64,000 nucleotides of DNA, taken from the NCBI GenBank assembly GCA_041640595.1, contig JBEPZY010000001.1, positions 1,201,195-1,265,194 of the forward strand. Direction: 5' to 3'. The notes beneath the pieces are model-generated. The model was not told the origin of the DNA. It did no database searches and saw nothing but the letters and a program-made list of their open reading frames with translations. Both the position numbers and the translations under genes were made by a program. Within the stretch, counting starts at the first letter, position 1. Each line of letters begins with the position of its first letter. This DNA is from Gemmatales bacterium (GTDB lineage Bacteria; Planctomycetota; Planctomycetia; Gemmatales; HRBIN36). Below are positions 30,448 to 39,824 of this stretch, piece after piece.

Positions 30448-30780
30448 TCCGCAGTCTTAGCCGCGAGTGCTCCAACTATTCCACCTGAGATGGTGATCGA
30501 AATGCTAAAGGGGTAATGTGCTTGTAGCGTTAGCCGTAAGCGACCCAAGTATCCCACTCAGGTGGCGAAAGTGCGGCTATGTATTCTGCTGGAGTTTGTA
30601 GCGTTAGCCGCCAGTGCCCCTAGCATCCCAGTCGGATTGCAGCAGTGCGGCAATGTGCCCTGTTTGGGTTTGTAGCGTTAGCCGTAAGCGACCCAAGTAT
30701 CCCACTCAGGTGGCGAAAGTGCGGCTATGTATTCTGCTGGAGTTTGTAGCATGAGCCGCCAGCGATCTAAGTATCTCAGA
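30448..30780. repeat. 74-bp tandem array (4 units, the last partial, plus one degenerate leading unit)
   Basis: TTGTAGC unit starts at 30522, 30596, 30670, 30744; units 1 and 3 identical; degenerate unit near 30448. Confidence 0.95.
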
Positions 30781-30811
30781 CCTGGGCCGGATTGTCTGGT
30801 GCTCGCTGACA

Positions 30812-31701
30812 CTTTCGCCGTCAGCGTGTATCGCAACGGTGCCGCTACCCCGTCATTATGCGAACCCCAGCCCACGATGTACACACACCTCTGTTCGTTG
30901 ACCGCTGATTTGACAGCGAGCTTGTTGCCCTGCTAGCCCTAGAGGGGCACATCCGCCTCTCGTTAACATTGACTCATTCCAAGGCATGCCTTCTAGAAAC
31001 GAGAGCAACTACGCCCTGGCAGACGCAGCCTTAGCGTGGCATGAGTGCTGGATTCTAGCCGGTGGCACAGCTCGCCTATAAAAATTCTTGATAAACACTC
31101 GCACAAAAGCTCGGCGAACGAAGCTGATACGGCGCAATGGGAGTCAGCCATGTCCAAACGTTTTACACTTAGAAAGGTGCTGTTAGGTATAGCTAGTCTC
31201 ACTGCTTTGCTGATCGGGGCTCCCATCTGGCCTATCTTTTCAATCGTAGCAGCAATGGACCGGCATTTCGATCTGACCACAATTATCGTGCTAATGACCG
31301 TGTGGAGTGTTGCATCGCTGGTGACTTTTGGCGTGGCCATGTACTTTATCTACCTGGTATACCACAATGAAGCGCTACAAGCAGAACAAAAGGTGATTTG
31401 GACCATGCTTTTGATATTTTTCTGGCCGGTGATGCCTGTGATATATTGGTACAACTATATTTGGAAGGAACCGCAAGCCGACCGGAGCCCACAAGGAGGC
31501 TAGCTCGTCACTACTAAATGCAGGATTCTGAACCGTCGCCTTTCCGCCGTCAGCGTATGTCGCAGCGTTCCGCTACCCCGTCATTATGCGAACTCGTCAA
31601 GGTTAGCTATAGACCATCCAGAGACGCACCCAATTACCCTGCTGCGTCATTATGCGAGCCCAGCCCAGGATGTACACACACCTCCGTCCTTGACCGCTGA
31701 T
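30812..31701. repeat. ~100-bp direct repeats (30812-30909 and 31540-31701) flanking a membrane ORF
   Basis: Shared CGCCGTCAGCGT, CCGCTACCCCGTCATTATGCGA, GATGTACACACACCTC, TTGACCGCTGAT; the second copy is about 65 bp longer. Confidence 0.9.
31150..31503 (+). CDS. Small membrane protein, PLDc_N-like C-terminal hairpin
   Basis: GGAG RBS; 3-4 TM segments; KVIWTMLLIFFWPVMPVIYWY. Confidence 0.75.
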   Translation: MSKRFTLRKVLLGIASLTALLIGAPIWPIFSIVAAMDRHFDLTTIIVLMTVWSVASLVTFGVAMYFIYLVYHNEALQAEQKVIWTMLLIFFWPVMPVIYWYNYIWKEPQADRSPQGG

Positions 31702-31986
31702 CGACTTCAATGACCGCTCCTTATAGACAGAAGGAATTACACTGTGCTATCTTTCATTAAGTAGCAACTGCTACCCTAAGCGCGAACAGTACTGTCAAGC
31801 TACCAACAAACCAAATCACAATCCCCTTCTTAGCAACACCGGCCTAACATTACTGATATGCCTAATAAGACGGGGCCTGAGCATCTGGAATCCATCGGCG
31901 CGAAGATGTTCCCCCTTGGTCAGGTGAACCACGCCTGGATATGATCTCGTCTACTTCCTACCCACACGGGAGAGGACATAAGTCCT

Positions 31987-32214
31987 ATGAAGAGGTCCAT
32001 CCGCAATTTCACTACGTACGATCGCGGTAATGCCGATGAGCTATTTGTAAGCGTCAGCACCGAAAATGGCCTCATAGCGCTTGTGCTGTCGCTGAAAGCT
32101 GACGGTGATATTACCGTGTTCCTGGACACCCCTGCTGCTAGAGAGCTAGCAAACGCACTCATTGAGGCAGCTAACCAGTCCGAATTAGAATACCCGCCCC
32201 ACGAAACTACGTAG
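31987..32214 (+). CDS. Hypothetical protein (75 aa)
   Basis: GAGAGGA upstream; globular protein-like composition (DGDITVFLDTPAARELANALIEAA). Confidence 0.6.
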   Translation: MKRSIRNFTTYDRGNADELFVSVSTENGLIALVLSLKADGDITVFLDTPAARELANALIEAANQSELEYPPHETT

Positions 32215-32667
32215 TTGTTGTTGCTGATGGGGGTCGGGGCGCGTTAGGACTGGGCTTTCGACCAGTACCTGCGGAAACCGATCGAGGAGTGGATCCGCAT
32301 GTGCAAGTGGCGTTCGCAGCCTGTGTTCAAAACACAGAGTGCATTCAATTTTGGGATAGCTTTGCGGCTGGACGGGAATCGCAGTGGCGATCAGCGCCTT
32401 TCCAGCCAGTGCACCTCAACTTCAGATGAGTCGTAAAATATTAGTGGGGTCGCGCCTTTACACCGCTGCAACTACAAGAATCATTCACATTCGGCCTCAG
32501 CATGGGCGAGCCGGTTTGAATTGATTATCATACACTTCGAGGGCATAAGATACCCCGTACTGACTCGGATGTGTTGGAGAGTAAACTTCATTCTTCTGGA
32601 GACAACCTAACAAACTAGTCACGGAAGCTTTTCGTTAGACAATTAACGAGTACCAGAGGAGGTTCAA

Positions 32668-33105
32668 ATGACACCAGAAGAGGTAATATCGAGGGCGGAA
32701 AATCAGCGAGAACTAGAAGATATACCCACTTATGATGCCTTCTTCCACCCGTCTCATATCGAATTTTTCGCAGAGCTTTTCCAGCTGAGGATTCCTATCT
32801 GGATTCCGGATTATGACCTCGCCAGGTTGAAGCGTAAGATATGGTTCATTAAGGTGATGGAGGTACCGACCAGGCGTCATGATCTACTTGTTTACCACGT
32901 CCAGAGGTATTTCGTCGAGCGGGAGGCTGAGCTAGACCGCCATGTGCTTGGAAGGTTAATCTACTCCCCTGAGAAGCGCTGCCTATCGCTATTTTCGAAT
33001 GACGGTCTGAAGGTCGAAATGGAAGTGTCGGCATTATGCGTTGAGCTGATAAAAAGACAAGAAGTGCGGTGGGATTGGCGTTGGCTTGATATCATCTGTT
33101 GTTAA
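32668..33105 (+). CDS. Hypothetical protein (145 aa)
   Basis: Strong AGGAGG RBS; AT-richer codon use than the flanking genes. Confidence 0.75.
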   Translation: MTPEEVISRAENQRELEDIPTYDAFFHPSHIEFFAELFQLRIPIWIPDYDLARLKRKIWFIKVMEVPTRRHDLLVYHVQRYFVEREAELDRHVLGRLIYSPEKRCLSLFSNDGLKVEMEVSALCVELIKRQEVRWDWRWLDIICC

Positions 33106-33709
33106 GATAATGGGACTTACGTGTGCTAGGCTTTTGGTACCCTTGGGCAACAGCGGGTATTCACTCTTGGGGGCGTAACTCTTCGCGTTTCGCCCTACGC
33201 GTTGCTGCGACCCACAACCTAGCCACCCCTCCGCGAAGACCCACTCTCGTTCATCACCGGCGGTGACCGCGATAGGGGATGTAAACTAGCCATGCCCCTT
33301 TCTCGGTATGAGAGAAACTAAGCAGACCGCCGGGCATGTAAGTTGCGAAAACGTGTTCGTGCCTCTACTTATACATGCACAGAAAATCAGCGCATCGCTG
33401 AACAGAGAAATTGTGGCACTATACTTGAGAATTCACTTCCCGGTACAATGCAAGTTGGCACACCGTTTGGCTTCCAATGTTAGCCGCGAAGGAGACTTGC
33501 CTTTGGCCTTGAGTTGCAATGCAAGTTGGCGCTCCGTAGGCCACCGAACGTGTGGCTCTTTGTCCGCGGCTCCAGTTATAGGCGCAAAGGAAACCAGAGC
33601 CTCGTCGGGCCGGAAAAGTTGCCAGAAACTATTGTCGGCTGTCATTCCTGGTTATTAATGGCTCCAATTGCTGGTTCGATGCGAAGCTAATAGATCGCCG
33701 GGCAGGTAG

Positions 33710-34285
33710 GCTGATGTGCGTTGTTCGCAAGCGTCTTGATGCGAATCGGACAGCTAAGCTTGCAGGCAGACTGCTGTCCTCTGTCCGCAACATAACCGAA
33801 CATGTGACTAAGCTCTTAGGCGCAAGGACATTCTAGCCGGACTGCTGTCGTTTGTCGCAACGTGACTGAGGGTCTGGTTAGTGTTTAGGCCCAATCTACA
33901 TTCCCGGCGGGCTGCGGTGTTTGTTCGCAATGTGACCGAGGGTCTGGATAGGCCTATAGGCCCAATCTGCATTCCGGGCGGGCTGCGGTGTTTGTTCGCA
34001 ATGTGACCGAGGGTCTGGATAGGCCTATAGACCCAATCTACATTCCCGGCGGGCTCTGGTGTTTGTTCGCAATGTGACCGAGGGTCTGGATAGGCCTATA
34101 GGCCCAATCTGCATTCTGGGCGGGCTGCTGTCGTTTGTTTGCTACGTGACCGAGCGTCTGGATAGGCTTTTAGACCCAATCTACATTCCGGGCGGGCTGC
34201 TGTCGTTTGTTTGCTACGTGACCGAGCGTCTGGGTAGGCTTTTAGACCCAATCTACATTCCCGGCGGGTCCGGTGTTTGTTCGCA
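33710..34285. repeat. ~71-bp tandem array (6 clear units plus 2 degenerate upstream units)
   Basis: GTTTGT unit starts at 33850, 33919, 33990, 34061, 34133, 34205, 34275; consensus GTTTGTTCGCAATGTGACCGAGGGTCTGGATAGGCCTATAGRCCCAATCTRCATTCCSGGCGGGCTGCGGT; no unique spacers. Confidence 0.97.
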
Positions 34286-34766
34286 TCGCCACTTATAGGT
34301 GGGACAAAGCTTACAGTGCTGGACAGGTATAGCGGTGCGGGGAACGGTGAGCAAACTCCTCTAATTCGGCAGAGTCTTCTTTATAAGTGGAACCGGGAAG
34401 GTATAGCTGTGCGGAACCTTGATAGGACGCCGTATCGGTCTCGTGCTCGCGAAAGTAACCGGGAATGTAAAGCTGTGCGAAAGCGCTAAGCGAACTCGGT
34501 TGGGTGGCGGTGGGCGACTCCGCCGACCCGAACCGAGTCGCGTCCGGCCTGCGTTAGCGAAACCCCGAAAGTCTTGTGATGCGGATCGCTCAGCTTCGCA
34601 TGGAAATAGCTAGCTGCCTGCCGTCGGCCACAGTGGGCGGAGCGGGATGGCAGTCGGAAAAGCGGGTTGGACTCACTCCTCACCAGAGAAATACGCAGAA
34701 CCCGAGGAGAAATTAGGTAGCCAGCAGTTAAAAAACCGTCAGTCCATCCCCGAATTCCGCCGGGGC

Positions 34767-34805
34767 TTGACGGAACCCAGGTGAGTCGGTAAAATTGGTA
34801 TAACA
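34767..34805 (+). promoter_or_regulatory. Sigma70-type promoter upstream of the metal ABC transporter, followed by an imperfect palindrome
   Basis: TTGACG-17 bp-TAAAAT, then TGGTATAACA (one mismatch from the TGTTATAACA core of proteobacterial Zur boxes). Confidence 0.55.
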
Positions 34806-35090
34806 TGGTAATACCGACGGTGAGCAACTTGGTTCAGATGGCTTCGTGCCTCTCGGACGGCCAGATGGTCAGGGAAGGCATTCCGAATGGCTTACAGGGC
34901 CGAAGGAGGCCCTTGCTGGCCAAAATAAACAAGCCATTGCCCAGCCATGGTGAAGGAACGCGCTGGTGCAGAACAACCGGGAGCCGCAGAGCCTGTTCCA
35001 CACAAGCTAGGAAGCAAGTCCTTTCTTGTCAATAACTTATGGCGAAAATCGCGGCGTATTTCCTGAAAATTTAGCAAATGGAGGTGGAAA

Positions 35091-36125
35091 ATGCGTGTCG
35101 GCAGAAAACCGGCAGACTCAAAGTCTCCGCAAGTGCAAAAATGGTGGCTGCGAATCCCGGCCAAATGGCTCGCGGTCGGTTTGGTCGTGTTGTTAGGCAT
35201 GACGGCTGGTGGATGCGTGAGGCGACTGGAAGGCGATCCCTGGGGTGGGACGTCGAAACTTCGCGTGCTGGCGACGATCGTGCCCTGGCACTGTCTGGCC
35301 GCCAGCATCGCGGAACCGGAGGCTGATGTCCGATGTTTGTGCATAACCAACGGTCCGCACGAATTTCAGCCGACGGCCGAAGAAGCGAGGCTGCTCAACA
35401 GTGCCGACCTGGTAATTGCGAATGGTCTGGGGCTGGAAGGGTTCCTGGTGCCGATGCTGCGTGGCAGTGGGCGGAAAGACTTGACAGTGTTGCGGGTGGC
35501 GGAAGAATTACCGCGTCGCGGCGGCAAGTTGATCGAGGTACCGGGCTATGAACATCACGGGCACGTGCATGGTCCTGGTAACGATCCCCATGTCTGGCTG
35601 GGTTTCCAGGAAGCGGAGTTGGCGGCCGAGATGATTACCGAAGCGCTGAGCCAGGCCCGTCCAGAGCATAAGGAAGCATTCCAGCAACGCTGCGAACAGG
35701 TCAAGCAACGACTGAATGCACTGCGTAAACAAGCTGAACCGCTGAGTCGCACGCAGGGCGCCCTTCTAACCGCTCATGACGCGTTTCGCTATTTCGGACG
35801 CTCGGTGTTCGGAGCGGACTACGAACAGCGGCTGATTGCCGTGCGCGGTTTGCACGGAGAAGAACTTGCCGCGGCCGACTTTGATAAACTGGTAATCGAG
35901 TGCCGCCGCAAACGTGTCCGTGCTTTCGCGATTGAACCGGGGTCTTCTCGCGTGATCCTGGATCGCATCCAGGAAAGTCTTGGAGAAAAACTGCCTGTCC
36001 TCGAACTCGACCCGATAGAAACGGCCGATCCAGACCCGCAACGCCGCTTCTATGTCTCCCCCGACTGGTATTTCAAGGTCATGGAAAAGAACCTGCAACA
36101 ACTCCTTGGGGTATTTCAGCCATGA
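35091..36125 (+). CDS. Zn/Mn ABC transporter substrate-binding lipoprotein (ZnuA/TroA family)
   Basis: Lipobox-like AGGC, GPHEFQP, NGLGLE, His-rich HHGHVHG, DPHVW, HDAFRYF; GGAGG RBS. Confidence 0.92.
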   Translation: MRVGRKPADSKSPQVQKWWLRIPAKWLAVGLVVLLGMTAGGCVRRLEGDPWGGTSKLRVLATIVPWHCLAASIAEPEADVRCLCITNGPHEFQPTAEEARLLNSADLVIANGLGLEGFLVPMLRGSGRKDLTVLRVAEELPRRGGKLIEVPGYEHHGHVHGPGNDPHVWLGFQEAELAAEMITEALSQARPEHKEAFQQRCEQVKQRLNALRKQAEPLSRTQGALLTAHDAFRYFGRSVFGADYEQRLIAVRGLHGEELAAADFDKLVIECRRKRVRAFAIEPGSSRVILDRIQESLGEKLPVLELDPIETADPDPQRRFYVSPDWYFKVMEKNLQQLLGVFQP

Positions 36126-36883
36126 AGCCGTCGGACGATGCCCTGGTTACGGTGGAAGACCTAAGTGTCACGCTGGGCGGGAAAGCTATCCTGCAGCACC
36201 TGCATACGCGAATTCCGCGAGGCCAGATCACAGCGCTCATCGGTTTGAATGGTTCGGGCAAGACAACGTTTCTGCGGGCGATCCTGGGTGAGGTACCGTA
36301 CACCGGACGGGTGGTTTTTCACTGCGGCCACAATCATCGCTCCAGGCATCCGGAAAAGATCGGCTACGTTCCGCAACGGTTGCTTTTTGATATGAACCTG
36401 CCGATTACCGTGGTGGAACTGCTAGCGTTGGGAATCACGGCACGCCCGTTGTTTCTCGGCATTGGGAAGGCGACCCGTCAGCGCATCCGCGAACTCTTGA
36501 GCCGGGTGCATGCCGAACACTTGCTCGATAGTCCCGTGGCTGGCTTGTCGGGTGGGGAATTGCAGCGTGTGTTGCTGGCTCTGGCACTGGAGCCGTTACC
36601 AGAGCTGTTGCTCCTGGACGAGCCAGCAGCGGGGATTGATTTCCGACACCAGGGAGAGTTTTACTCTCTGATCGCGGAGCTGAATCAGCAGCACGGTATT
36701 ACCACCGTGCTGGTCTCGCATGACCTGAGCGTGGTAAGCAATTGTGCCCATCATGTGCTTTGCTTGCGCAACGGACAGATTCAATGCGAAGGGCCACCCC
36801 GGGAAATTTTAAGCGGAGAGCGAATCGCGGAAATATTCGGCGAGGACAAGGCTGTTTATCCCCATCGTGCCCACCATCACTAG
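36122..36883 (+). CDS. Zn/Mn ABC transporter ATP-binding subunit (ZnuC-like)
   Basis: GLNGSGKTT, IGYVPQ, LSGGELQR, LLLDEP, VSHD, His tail. Confidence 0.93.
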   Translation: MKPSDDALVTVEDLSVTLGGKAILQHLHTRIPRGQITALIGLNGSGKTTFLRAILGEVPYTGRVVFHCGHNHRSRHPEKIGYVPQRLLFDMNLPITVVELLALGITARPLFLGIGKATRQRIRELLSRVHAEHLLDSPVAGLSGGELQRVLLALALEPLPELLLLDEPAAGIDFRHQGEFYSLIAELNQQHGITTVLVSHDLSVVSNCAHHVLCLRNGQIQCEGPPREILSGERIAEIFGEDKAVYPHRAHHH

Positions 36884-37021
36884 CCTGGTTCCGCTCTTCC
36901 CTTGTTAGCAGTCTGTTCTGAAAATGGGCAGAAGAATATCGGGGCAGCCCTTCCAGCCCGCCTTCAGACTTGCTATCTCCAGGGTGGATTTGTTTGACTG
37001 GCGAAACACCAGGGGAACCCC

Positions 37022-38344
37022 ATGCGTGCGGAAATCATTGCCATCGGCACGGAACTCGTCCACGGACAGAAGCTCGACACTAACAGTGCCTGGCTGAGCC
37101 GACGGGTGCAGGAGCTCGGTCTGGAACCCACCTGGCATACCACGATTCCCGATGACCTTGAAGTCATGGTCGCGGCCCTGGATTTGGCGCGACAGCGAGC
37201 GGACCTCGTTATCATCACCGGCGGTTTGGGTCCCACCCTGGACGATTTAACCCGCGAAGCTCTGGCACGGTTGGCCGGGGTCGAACTGGTGCTGCATGAA
37301 CCGTCTTTGCGTCGCATCGAGGAACTATTTGCCCGCCGCGGTCGTCCCATGCCGGAACGCAACCGGGTCCAGGCAATGATTCCTCGAGGTGCCGAGGTCA
37401 TCGTTAACGAGTTGGGCACCGCTCCCGGTATCTGGATGAGCGTGCCTCGCCAGCCGTGTGGTTGCCCCCGTGAAGACAGCCCGCTGACGCTGGGCCTGGC
37501 TAAGCCGCGAACGTTAGTCATAGCCTTGCCCGGAGTGCCGAGCGAACTTTTTGCCATGTGGGAAAAAGAAGTTCGGCCACGCCTGCAAAAGCAACTGCCG
37601 GGTGGGGTAGTAGTCCGCGAACGATTGCTGCATTGTTTCGGGCTGGGCGAATCCGCCATCGAGGCCAAACTCGGTGATCTGACACGCCGCGGTCGCAATC
37701 CGGAGGTGGGAATCACCGCTTCCGATGCGGTGATCACGCTGCGGCTGGTGGCCCGTGCGGCTACGGAAGCGGAAGCACTCGCCCTTTTGCAAACCGATGA
37801 AGCGTATATTCGCCAGCAACTGGGGGAACTGGTATTCGGTAGCGGACAGGAAGAACTGCAACATGCTGTGGCCTCCCTGCTGGCAGCCACAGGCCAGACG
37901 CTGGCAACTGCGGAAAGCGTAACCGGCGGACTGCTCGCCAGTCGGCTCACTCAGGTTCCCGGTATCAGCAAATGGTATCGCGGCGGAATTGTGGCTTATC
38001 AGACGCCCGTAAAAGCCGAGGTTCTGGGCGTAGATAAGGAGTTACTGGATCGCTTTGGGGCGGTTTCCGCACCAGTAGCATCGGCGATGGCGGAACGCGC
38101 TCGACAACTTTTTGCTTCCGACCTGGCTCTTTCGACCACCGGTGTCGCTGGCCCCGATCCGGATGAGCGCGGCAATCCGGTAGGTCTGGTGTACATCGGT
38201 TTGGCTTATCCGGGCGGCGTGCACACCTGCGAGGTCCGCTGGTTCGGCAACCGCCTGGAAATTCAGAGCCGTGCTGCTAAATCGGCTCTCAACGAATTGC
38301 GATTGCATTTGTTGCGCAAGCTGCCAACTCCATCGCGGGCCTAA
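37022..38344 (+). CDS. cinA: Competence/damage-inducible protein CinA (MoCF + NMN amidohydrolase domains)
   Basis: IGTELVHG..DTNS, TGGLGPTLDDLT, GTAPG, LPGVPSE, AESVTGG, GAVS, TTGVAGP, PVGLV. Confidence 0.95.
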   Translation: MRAEIIAIGTELVHGQKLDTNSAWLSRRVQELGLEPTWHTTIPDDLEVMVAALDLARQRADLVIITGGLGPTLDDLTREALARLAGVELVLHEPSLRRIEELFARRGRPMPERNRVQAMIPRGAEVIVNELGTAPGIWMSVPRQPCGCPREDSPLTLGLAKPRTLVIALPGVPSELFAMWEKEVRPRLQKQLPGGVVVRERLLHCFGLGESAIEAKLGDLTRRGRNPEVGITASDAVITLRLVARAATEAEALALLQTDEAYIRQQLGELVFGSGQEELQHAVASLLAATGQTLATAESVTGGLLASRLTQVPGISKWYRGGIVAYQTPVKAEVLGVDKELLDRFGAVSAPVASAMAERARQLFASDLALSTTGVAGPDPDERGNPVGLVYIGLAYPGGVHTCEVRWFGNRLEIQSRAAKSALNELRLHLLRKLPTPSRA

Positions 38345-38700
38345 ACGAAGCTACCGCGGCTTTTCGGACCATCCCGACAAAGTCGCAGCGACTGTGGGGG
38401 AGAATCCAAGCGAAAAAACCACCCTAGTCGCAACACGTTCTTTGCAAGATCGTTCACCTTGCCGGCCGACCTTGCGGCTCGCATACTTACTATTCGGTTC
38501 TTCCCGTGTACGGTGACCAATTACTCTTGCCACACAGCAAGAGCAACCGGAGGGCTTTCCGCGTTGCCTCGTGTAAAACCAGGGGCCACCGGCTAGTCCC
38601 GTGCTTGCCTATACTTTAGGAGTACATTTGTACGTAGTGGCAGGAGGTCGGCACTGGAGAATCGCAAACCCACTCGACAGGGGATCTGGAGAAGCGCACC

Positions 38701-39729
38701 ATGACCGATGGAATTCATGTGGCAGTAGTAGGCGCGACCGGCGCCGTGGGCGAAATGATGCGACGATTGTTGCTGGAACGCCGTTTCCCGTTAGCCAGCA
38801 TCAGATTCCTGGCTTCGGAGCGCAGCGCAGGCAAACCAATTGAGTTTGCGGGGAAAACCTACACGGTGGAACCGTTGCGTCCGGAGGCCTTCGCCGGTGT
38901 CGAACTGGTATTATCGAGCACACCGGCAGCGGTGAGCCGCGAGTGGAGTCCGGTAGCTGCCAGGGCCGGGGCGATCATCGTGGACAATTCCAGTGCCTGG
39001 CGGATGGATCCGGATGTGCCCCTGGTAGTGCCGGAAGTCAATCCGCATACGCTCGCCCGCATCCCCAAACGCATAATCGCCAACCCGAATTGCTCCACCA
39101 TTCAGATGGTGGTGGCCCTGAAGCCATTGCACGATTTCGCCCGGATTCGCAGAATCGTCGTCTGCACCTATCAAGCCTCTTCGGGCAAAGGCGCTAAAGG
39201 CGTTTATGACCTGGAGCGGCAAATCCAGGCGCTGGCTCGCGGCGAACCGTTGCCCCCTTCCATCGCCCATGCTGCTCCCCTGGCCGGAAACGTCGTTCCG
39301 CATGATTGGAAACTCGGCGAAGAGGGATACTCGGAAGAAGAATGGAAAATGATTCGGGAAACCCGCAAAATCCTGGGCGATGAAACCATCCTGGTTTCGC
39401 CGACCACAGCCCGCGTGCCGGTGCACACTGGCCATGCCGAGGCGATCAACGTCGAATTTACCAGGCCGATCTCCCCAGAGCAAGCACGCGAATTGTTACG
39501 CAAAGCGCCGGGCGTTGTCGTGCTGGACGATTACGCGAAAGGGGAAGTGCCGATGCCCCTGACCGTCGCCGGACGGGACGAAGTGTTTGTCGGTCGAATT
39601 CGCCGGGATCCCACTGTGGCCAATGGCTTGAACCTGTGGGTTGTCGCGGACAATCTCCGTAAAGGAGCCGCTACTAACGCCGTGCAAATTGCCGAGGAGC
39701 TTCTGCGTCGCGGATTGTTGCGTCGCTAG
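38701..39729 (+). CDS. asd: Aspartate-semialdehyde dehydrogenase
   Basis: VGATGAVG, DNSSAWRM, VPEVN, ANPNCST, DNLRKGAATNAVQI. Confidence 0.98.
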   Translation: MTDGIHVAVVGATGAVGEMMRRLLLERRFPLASIRFLASERSAGKPIEFAGKTYTVEPLRPEAFAGVELVLSSTPAAVSREWSPVAARAGAIIVDNSSAWRMDPDVPLVVPEVNPHTLARIPKRIIANPNCSTIQMVVALKPLHDFARIRRIVVCTYQASSGKGAKGVYDLERQIQALARGEPLPPSIAHAAPLAGNVVPHDWKLGEEGYSEEEWKMIRETRKILGDETILVSPTTARVPVHTGHAEAINVEFTRPISPEQARELLRKAPGVVVLDDYAKGEVPMPLTVAGRDEVFVGRIRRDPTVANGLNLWVVADNLRKGAATNAVQIAEELLRRGLLRR

Positions 39730-39824
39730 CTGATACTGCTCAGGTCATTCATCGCCAGCGTTAACTTTCATGTCCATTCACCGTCCGCAAATAGAGCCGA
39801 GCGTGGCCCGGCCGTTGTGCAACT

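Noticed and set aside
32605..32640. attC-like ends ACCTAAC...GTTAGAC just before an ORF
   Set aside because: Only 36 bp, shorter than functional attC sites; no L boxes and no integron integrase in the window
33710..34285. CRISPR array call for the 71-bp (and the 74-bp) repeats
   Set aside because: Whole units are repeated with no unique spacers; no cas genes or typical repeat termini
34059..34298. 79-aa repetitive ORF
   Set aside because: By-product of two 72-bp units within a mostly 71-bp non-triplet array
34860..35000. Cobalamin riboswitch
   Set aside because: Only loose AGGGAA and GAGCC-like fragments; the conserved core (CCCGCAACTGT, GCCACTG) is absent
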